Assembly: GCA_963733035.1 (NCBI GenBank)
Contig: CAVTBU010000005.1
Span: 2,144,001 to 2,208,000 of the forward strand
Source: Pirellulales bacterium
GTDB lineage: Bacteria; Planctomycetota; Planctomycetia; Pirellulales; PALSA-1355
Reading direction: 5' to 3'
DNA length: 64,000 bases
The notes beneath the pieces are model-generated. The model ran no database searches and had not been told where the DNA came from. It saw nothing but the letters and a program-made list of their open reading frames with translations. Of this stretch, positions 59,198 through 64,000 are shown piece after piece. A program made the translations under genes and the position numbers. Within the stretch, counting starts at the first letter, position 1. Each line of letters begins with the position of its first letter.

Positions 59198-61165
59198 TTA
59201 CATCTTGTCGACGACTTGTATGCCCAGCAGTTCCAACCCCTGCTTGAGTGTGCGGGCGGTGAGATCGCACAGCAGCAGCCGACTCGTCTTCGTTGTCTCG
59301 TCGGGAGTCTTGAGCACGGGACACTGCTCGAAAAAGGTCGAGTAGCGATTGGCAACCTCGAACAGATACGCCGTAAGCAAATTCGGGCGATACTCCGTGG
59401 CCGTCACTTCCAAGGCCTCGGAGAATTGCAGCAAGCCCATCACCAGGGCCCGTTCGGCCGGATGTGACATGGCAATCTTGGCATCGCTTCGCCGAACTGC
59501 CTCGATATCGATCTTGCCGCGTGCAAAAATCGACAGCACGCGCGCATAAGCGTACTGCAAATACGTGGCCGTGTTGCCGTTCATGGCCAACATCCGATCG
59601 TAGCTAAACGTGTAGTCGCTGGTGCGGTTGACCGCCAGATCCGCATGCTTTAGCGCGCCGATGCCGACGACCTCGGCGACCTCGGCCCGTCGCTGTGGCG
59701 AGATCTCCGGTCCTGAGGGTTTCGCGTCGTCGTTGGCGCTCACAACGTCCCGCGCCTTGCGCACTGCTTCATCGAGCAGACCTTCAAGCCCCACCGTGTC
59801 GCCCGAGCGAGTTTTGAACGGCCGGCCGTCTTCGCCGAGCACGGTGCCAAAACTAACATGCACAAGTTCCAGGTTGGTATAGCCCCATAGCCGGGCCGCG
59901 CCGAACAGCTGTTCGAAGTGCAGGCTCTGGCGATGGTCAACGACGTACAAGATCGCATCCGGATTCCAACGCTCAGCGCGATACTGGATCGTGGCCAGAT
60001 CCGTCGTGCCGTAGAGGAACGCCCCATCCTGTTTGCGAATCACCAGCGGCGCTGTCTGCTCCGGCAGGAAGATGCAAATCGCACCGTCACTTTCCTTGGC
60101 GATGCCCCGCCGAGTGAGATCGTCCACTACGCCAGGAAGCCGATCGTGATAAAAGCTCTCGCCCAGTGTTTCGTCAAACGTGACGTGCAACCGGCGATAG
60201 ATCCGCTCAATATCGGCCAGGCACGGCGGTAGAAACTCGCGCCATAGCCGTAAATTCTCCGCGTCGCCGTGATGCAGCTTGGCCGTTTCAGCCAGCACGG
60301 CCCGGTCAATCTCCACATGCGCGGCGACCCGTTTCGACAGCTCTGGATCGCTTTCGACTAGCGCGATTCCCCGCTCGCGGTCGGCGAGCGTCCGTTCGAG
60401 TTCCTTCAGGTTGTTTTCGGCGCGGCGCAGCGATTTGGCGGCACTTTTGTCTTTCGCGTTCTCGACGACGTCGGCCGATTGCCGGGCAATCTCGGTCCGC
60501 AACGTGTCGATCTGTTTCCGCAAAGCTGGCAGCGACTGTTTGGCCTCCTGATGAGAGACCAGTTGGTTGACCAGCCGGTACAACCGGCCCAGTTCGGTTA
60601 CCGCCTCGGCACGATAGGCTTTCTCGTCGAGAAAGTGTTTGTAGCCGTAGATGATCATGCCGAACTGGGTGCCCCAGTCGCCAATGTGGTTGTCGGAAAC
60701 GACCTTGTGCCCCAGGAAGCTGAGCGTCCGCTTGAGCGAATCGCCGATTACCGTCGAACGAATATGGCCCACATGCATCGGCTTGGCCACGTTCGGCGAG
60801 GAATAATCGATGATGTATGTCCGCGGCGCGACGGCCGGCGCGATTTCCAAGCGATCGCTCTTGAGCGCCCGAGCAGCGGTGTCGACCAGCCACGCGTCAC
60901 TAATTCGCAGATTAATGAAGCCAGGGCCGGCAACTTCCGGTCGTTCGCAGAGGTCATCGACCTGAAGCTTGGCCACCACGTCGGTGGCAATGTCGCGCGG
61001 TGGTCGGCCCAAGCGCTTACCGAGCGGCATCGCAAAGTTGGCCTGGTAGTCGCCGAACTTCGGATCGCCACTGGGGCGGATCATCGCCAGCAGTTCGGCC
61101 GGGTCGTCGACCAAATCGACCAGCGCGGCCCGAAACCGAGTTTGCAATTCCGCCAGAATGTTCAT
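59198..61165 (-). CDS. argS: Arginine--tRNA ligase with helical insertion
   Basis: GDYQ.N, GPGFIN, SSPNVAKPMHVGH, GDWGTQFG, GESFY, KTRSG, YLQYAYAR. Confidence 0.97.
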   Translation of the reverse strand: MNILAELQTRFRAALVDLVDDPAELLAMIRPSGDPKFGDYQANFAMPLGKRLGRPPRDIATDVVAKLQVDDLCERPEVAGPGFINLRISDAWLVDTAARALKSDRLEIAPAVAPRTYIIDYSSPNVAKPMHVGHIRSTVIGDSLKRTLSFLGHKVVSDNHIGDWGTQFGMIIYGYKHFLDEKAYRAEAVTELGRLYRLVNQLVSHQEAKQSLPALRKQIDTLRTEIARQSADVVENAKDKSAAKSLRRAENNLKELERTLADRERGIALVESDPELSKRVAAHVEIDRAVLAETAKLHHGDAENLRLWREFLPPCLADIERIYRRLHVTFDETLGESFYHDRLPGVVDDLTRRGIAKESDGAICIFLPEQTAPLVIRKQDGAFLYGTTDLATIQYRAERWNPDAILYVVDHRQSLHFEQLFGAARLWGYTNLELVHVSFGTVLGEDGRPFKTRSGDTVGLEGLLDEAVRKARDVVSANDDAKPSGPEISPQRRAEVAEVVGIGALKHADLAVNRTSDYTFSYDRMLAMNGNTATYLQYAYARVLSIFARGKIDIEAVRRSDAKIAMSHPAERALVMGLLQFSEALEVTATEYRPNLLTAYLFEVANRYSTFFEQCPVLKTPDETTKTSRLLLCDLTARTLKQGLELLGIQVVDKM

Positions 61166-61368
61166 GAAAGACGAGCCGAAAAGAGACCGTGCGACACCGT
61201 CCGTCTAGGGATGGGTGGCGGGGAATCACTCACAATTAGCGGCATCAGTTTGCCACCTTGTGCAAGTGCCTCGCAACCCCAAACCCGCTATCTCGCTCAA
61301 GAGGAGCAAGTGGGAAATGTCAACGGCGCGGGATCTCTACTCCTGAGATGCGGCGGCGTCCGTCGGGC

Positions 61369-61779
61369 TCACTCCCGTGCGCGTCTCGGTGGACGACTCG
61401 AACGGTACGCGCTTGCGCCGGCCCAGAGGTTTTCCAGGTCGTAATACTGGCGCGTTTCTTCGTCAAACAAATGCACGACGACGTCGCCAAAGTCGAGCAG
61501 GATCCACCGGCTCTCCTCGTAGCCCTCCCGGCCTAGCCGCTTGTCGCCAAATTCGTGGCGCAGCACCTGATCGATTTCCTCAGCGATCGCATGCAGTTGT
61601 CGGCGACTACTGCCGGTGGCCAGCACGAAATAGTCGAAGACGGGCGTCAGCTCCCGCAGGTCGATGATCGTGATGTCGCGCCCCCGATTCATATCGGCGA
61701 CCCGGGCAGCGGCCTGGGCGCGTTCCAAACTACGGCTGTGTTGATGGCCCAGTTTTGTGGCGGGACTAGCGATGGCCAA
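61369..61779 (-). CDS. rsfS: Ribosome silencing factor (possible frameshift near 61413; alternative stop at 61337)
   Basis: DYFVLATG.S.RQ, EG....WILLDFGDVVVH.F....R.YY.LE.LW; TTG start after AGGA. Confidence 0.92.
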   Translation of the reverse strand: MAIASPATKLGHQHSRSLERAQAAARVADMNRGRDITIIDLRELTPVFDYFVLATGSSRRQLHAIAEEIDQVLRHEFGDKRLGREGYEESRWILLDFGDVVVHLFDEETRQYYDLENLWAGASAYRSSRPPRRARE

Positions 61780-62098
61780 TCGTTCCTGTTTCCTGGTGCT
61801 ATCGGGATGCGGAGCCGGTCGTACCGACCACGGATGGTGACACCTCCATTTTAACCACCCAGACGGCGAAAGCGAAGAGCCTGGAGCCTCTGACGAAGAG
61901 CAACCAGTTCCACGGCGCAGCGACGGAAAGCCGACCTGGGAGGCCCCTCGCGGGCGCTTTTGGGATGGGTATCCGTCGAAATCCGGCAATTCGTCTTTTG
62001 TGTTCGCGTTTGAGCCCTTGCCGGTGGCTATCGGCTCGATATGGTAACGGGACAGTTCCGCGTGCGTTTCGGTTCGTTTTTCTAGGAGACCGTTGGCC

Positions 62099-62572
62099 AT
62101 GGGTGATTGGGTTGAACCGGGCAAGAAGGCCCCCGATTTCACGCTGCCGAGCGACGATGGCGGCAAGGTCAAGCTTTCGAGCCTCCGCGGCCAGCCCGTC
62201 GTGCTCTATTTCTATCCTCGCGACAACACTCCCGGTTGCACGCGCGAGGCCTGCGCCTTTCGCGACCAGAAGAGCTCGCTAACCAGGCTCGGTGCCAAGG
62301 TGCTGGGAGTAAGCACCGACACGGTGGAAAGTCACGGTAAGTTTCGCGACAAGTTCAAGCTGAACTTTCCGCTATTGGCCGACGTGGAGCACAAAGTGGC
62401 CGAGAAGTACGGTGCCTGGCGCGAGAAGAATATGTATGGCAAGAAGTCGATGGGGATTCAGCGTTCGACATTCCTGATCGACGCCGAAGGCAAAGTGGCC
62501 AAAGTCTGGAAAAAGGTCAGCGTCGACGGCCACGATACCGAAGTGATCGCGACGCTCAAAGAGTTGAAATAG
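62099..62572 (+). CDS. bcp: Thioredoxin-dependent thiol peroxidase (BCP/PrxQ)
   Basis: YFYPRDNTPGCTREAC, RSTFLID, GH. Confidence 0.93.
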   Translation: MGDWVEPGKKAPDFTLPSDDGGKVKLSSLRGQPVVLYFYPRDNTPGCTREACAFRDQKSSLTRLGAKVLGVSTDTVESHGKFRDKFKLNFPLLADVEHKVAEKYGAWREKNMYGKKSMGIQRSTFLIDAEGKVAKVWKKVSVDGHDTEVIATLKELK

Positions 62573-62719
62573 CCGGCCTCGAGGCTCGTCGTTACTGTTT
62601 CCCCTGGCGATGACGTGCCGCACGTCACAACTTGCAACCAATCGTAGAATCGCACGACCGCCTCATAGGATGCGACGAGGCGCTGCTGTTGGCATGATGT
62701 GCCAGCGCGCGATGCGGAA

Positions 62720-63274
62720 CTAGGCCCGGACGCTCCGCAAACCCGGCAGGCCGTCGATGCTGCGGCCGTTATGCTCAAGCTTGTACGCTTCGAGTTTCTC
62801 AGGACCGTTGGTTTCAGCATATTTTGTCAGTTGCGTCCGCTGTCCGACATACTCGTAAAGCGGCACGCCGAATCCGCACGACTCTGCAATTCGCTCCAGG
62901 TCGACGACCACGATGCTGCGCGTTCCGGGCAAGCGAGGGAAACTGGCGGCGAATTGCTCCCACTCCGCGTCTTGCGGCTCAACCACGCGCCCACGGCCAT
63001 AGAGCCGCACGATCTGCGGGACCCCGGTGAACGTGCAAAACATGATCACGATCCGGCCGTTCTCGCGCAAGTGGGCGGCCGTTTCAATCCCGCTGCCAAT
63101 CAGATCCAGATAGCCGACCGTTTTTTCGTCGAGCACGCGAAACGACTCCAGCCCCTTGGGCGAAAGGTTCACGTGCCCCTCGGCCGCCAATGGTGCTGTG
63201 GCCACGAAGAACATTTGCTGCCGGGCGATCGATTCCCGCAGCTTGTCGTTGAGCTGGGCGAACACGTTTCCCAC
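62720..63274 (-). CDS. Pyridoxamine 5'-phosphate oxidase-like FMN-binding protein
   Basis: QQMFFVATAP, VNLSPKG, GSGIETAAH, SCGFGVP, SIDGLP; GTG start at 63274. Confidence 0.88.
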   Translation of the reverse strand: MGNVFAQLNDKLRESIARQQMFFVATAPLAAEGHVNLSPKGLESFRVLDEKTVGYLDLIGSGIETAAHLRENGRIVIMFCTFTGVPQIVRLYGRGRVVEPQDAEWEQFAASFPRLPGTRSIVVVDLERIAESCGFGVPLYEYVGQRTQLTKYAETNGPEKLEAYKLEHNGRSIDGLPGLRSVRA

Positions 63275-63363
63275 GGTAGGTCTCCTTCGCGGAAGCGACT
63301 CTCGATCGTAGGTCGGGAACACTTTGCCAGAGTCGATCGGAGCCGCGTAGGTTCGCGCGGAAA

Positions 63364-63531
63364 CTACCCGCGACCACCTTCGCAGCAGGTTTCGCAGATC
63401 GTGTGGCACGCGGAGCACTGCAGCTTGCCGCGGATTTCGATCAAGTGGCCGCCGCAGACAGGGCAGGCCGCGCGGCAGTTTGTCGAACGTTCGTGAGCCG
63501 ATTCGGCCGAACCCGAGTCTTTTCCATCCAT
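63364..63531 (-). CDS. 55-aa Cys-rich zinc-ribbon-like protein (not in ORF track)
   Basis: Manual translation MDGKDSGSAESAHERSTNCRAACPVCGGHLIEIRGKLQCSACHTICETCCEGGRG*. Confidence 0.7.
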   Translation of the reverse strand: MDGKDSGSAESAHERSTNCRAACPVCGGHLIEIRGKLQCSACHTICETCCEGGRG

Positions 63532-63661
63532 CAGAACACTCCGGTTGATTGCGGTTCGATCTCAGCATCCTAAACAACCGCTGCCGCAGATGTAAACGTT
63601 GCCAACTTTTCCACGACGAGTTCCATTCTCTGTCCTCTGCTCCACCCGGCGACTTCCATCC

Positions 63662-63690
63662 TTGCGCGGCGGGTGGCCGTCGCCTAGAAT
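63662..63690 (+). promoter_or_regulatory. sigma-70 promoter implying a leaderless mRNA
   Basis: TTGCGC-N17-TAGAAT, 6 nt before ATG 63697; no RBS. Confidence 0.6.
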
Positions 63691-63696
63691 TGTCTC

Positions 63697-64000
63697 ATGC
63701 CGATTCGCCTGTCCAACATTCGCATGAGCATTGACGAGTCCGAAGGGGCGCTGCCGCTACGAGCAGCGGCGGCCCTGGATGTTCGCCCGGATGACATCGC
63801 GCGGTGGAGAATCCTGCGCAAAAGCCTGGACGCCCGCAACAAGTCGCAGATCGAATACGTTTACTCCCTTGAGATATGCGTCGGCGATGGTGCCGACGAA
63901 ATGCATTTCGTAGACCAGGCGAGCAGCCACTCGCACGGCATCGCGGCCGAACTCTATCGAGCCGCCGAGTTCGAAATGCCCCACCCCGGCACCGAGCCGC
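63697..64000 (+). CDS. Probable NAD(P)/FAD-dependent oxidoreductase, N-terminal part (runs off window)
   Basis: Manual translation MPIRLSNIRMSIDE...WRILRKSLDARNK...YVYSLE..., open to window end; RKSLDAR resembles that family's N-terminus. Confidence 0.65.
   Translation, partial: MPIRLSNIRMSIDESEGALPLRAAAALDVRPDDIARWRILRKSLDARNKSQIEYVYSLEICVGDGADEMHFVDQASSHSHGIAAELYRAAEFEMPHPGTEP

Noticed and set aside
61790..62090. Possible ncRNA (6S/tmRNA-like) between rsfS and bcp
   Set aside because: No tRNA-like ends or long rod-like pairing seen; the region is explained by divergent promoters (minus-strand TAAAAT near 61850, plus-strand TTGCCG..TATGGT near 62020-62045) and a short UTR hairpin
1..64000. 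CRISPR arrays, tRNA/rRNA, IS elements, integrases, prophage
   Set aside because: No spaced direct repeats, cloverleafs, or transposase, integrase or phage protein motifs seen by eye

Overview
A 64-kb GC-rich, gene-dense bacterial chromosome segment, very likely from a planctomycete (Pirellulales-like). This rests on a PSD1/DUF1549/DUF1553 + DUF1501 pair, a PVC-type heme/HEAT protein, an HYExAFE protein, archaeal-type fhcD and lipid A genes. Content is mostly housekeeping: lpxD, lpxI, def, uvrA, fbp, ychF-like, prfB with its programmed +1 frameshift, hisS, argS, rsfS, bcp, a liv-type ABC operon, MoxR-DUF58-transglutaminase, an ECF sigma/anti-sigma pair and a CusRS-like two-component system. 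I saw no rRNA, tRNA, CRISPR array, transposase or prophage. Most unusual items: (1) a LivG ABC ATPase with a ~190-aa insert of two transmembrane helices flanking a loop with an internal repeat; (2) a DUF6065-like domain fused to a proline-iminopeptidase-type hydrolase behind a perfect palindrome; (3) an anti-sigma factor whose sensor looks like a degenerate DUF1559 pilin, with a candidate autoregulatory leaderless ECF promoter; (4) a sigma-54 promoter plus enhancer-like palindrome before an unknown gene; (5) a REPIN-like repeat next to a truncated foreign-looking gene; (6) a 55-aa 8-Cys protein missing from the ORF track. Five to six single-base frameshifts in otherwise intact genes look like sequencing/consensus errors. 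Family assignments come from recalled motifs, not database searches.
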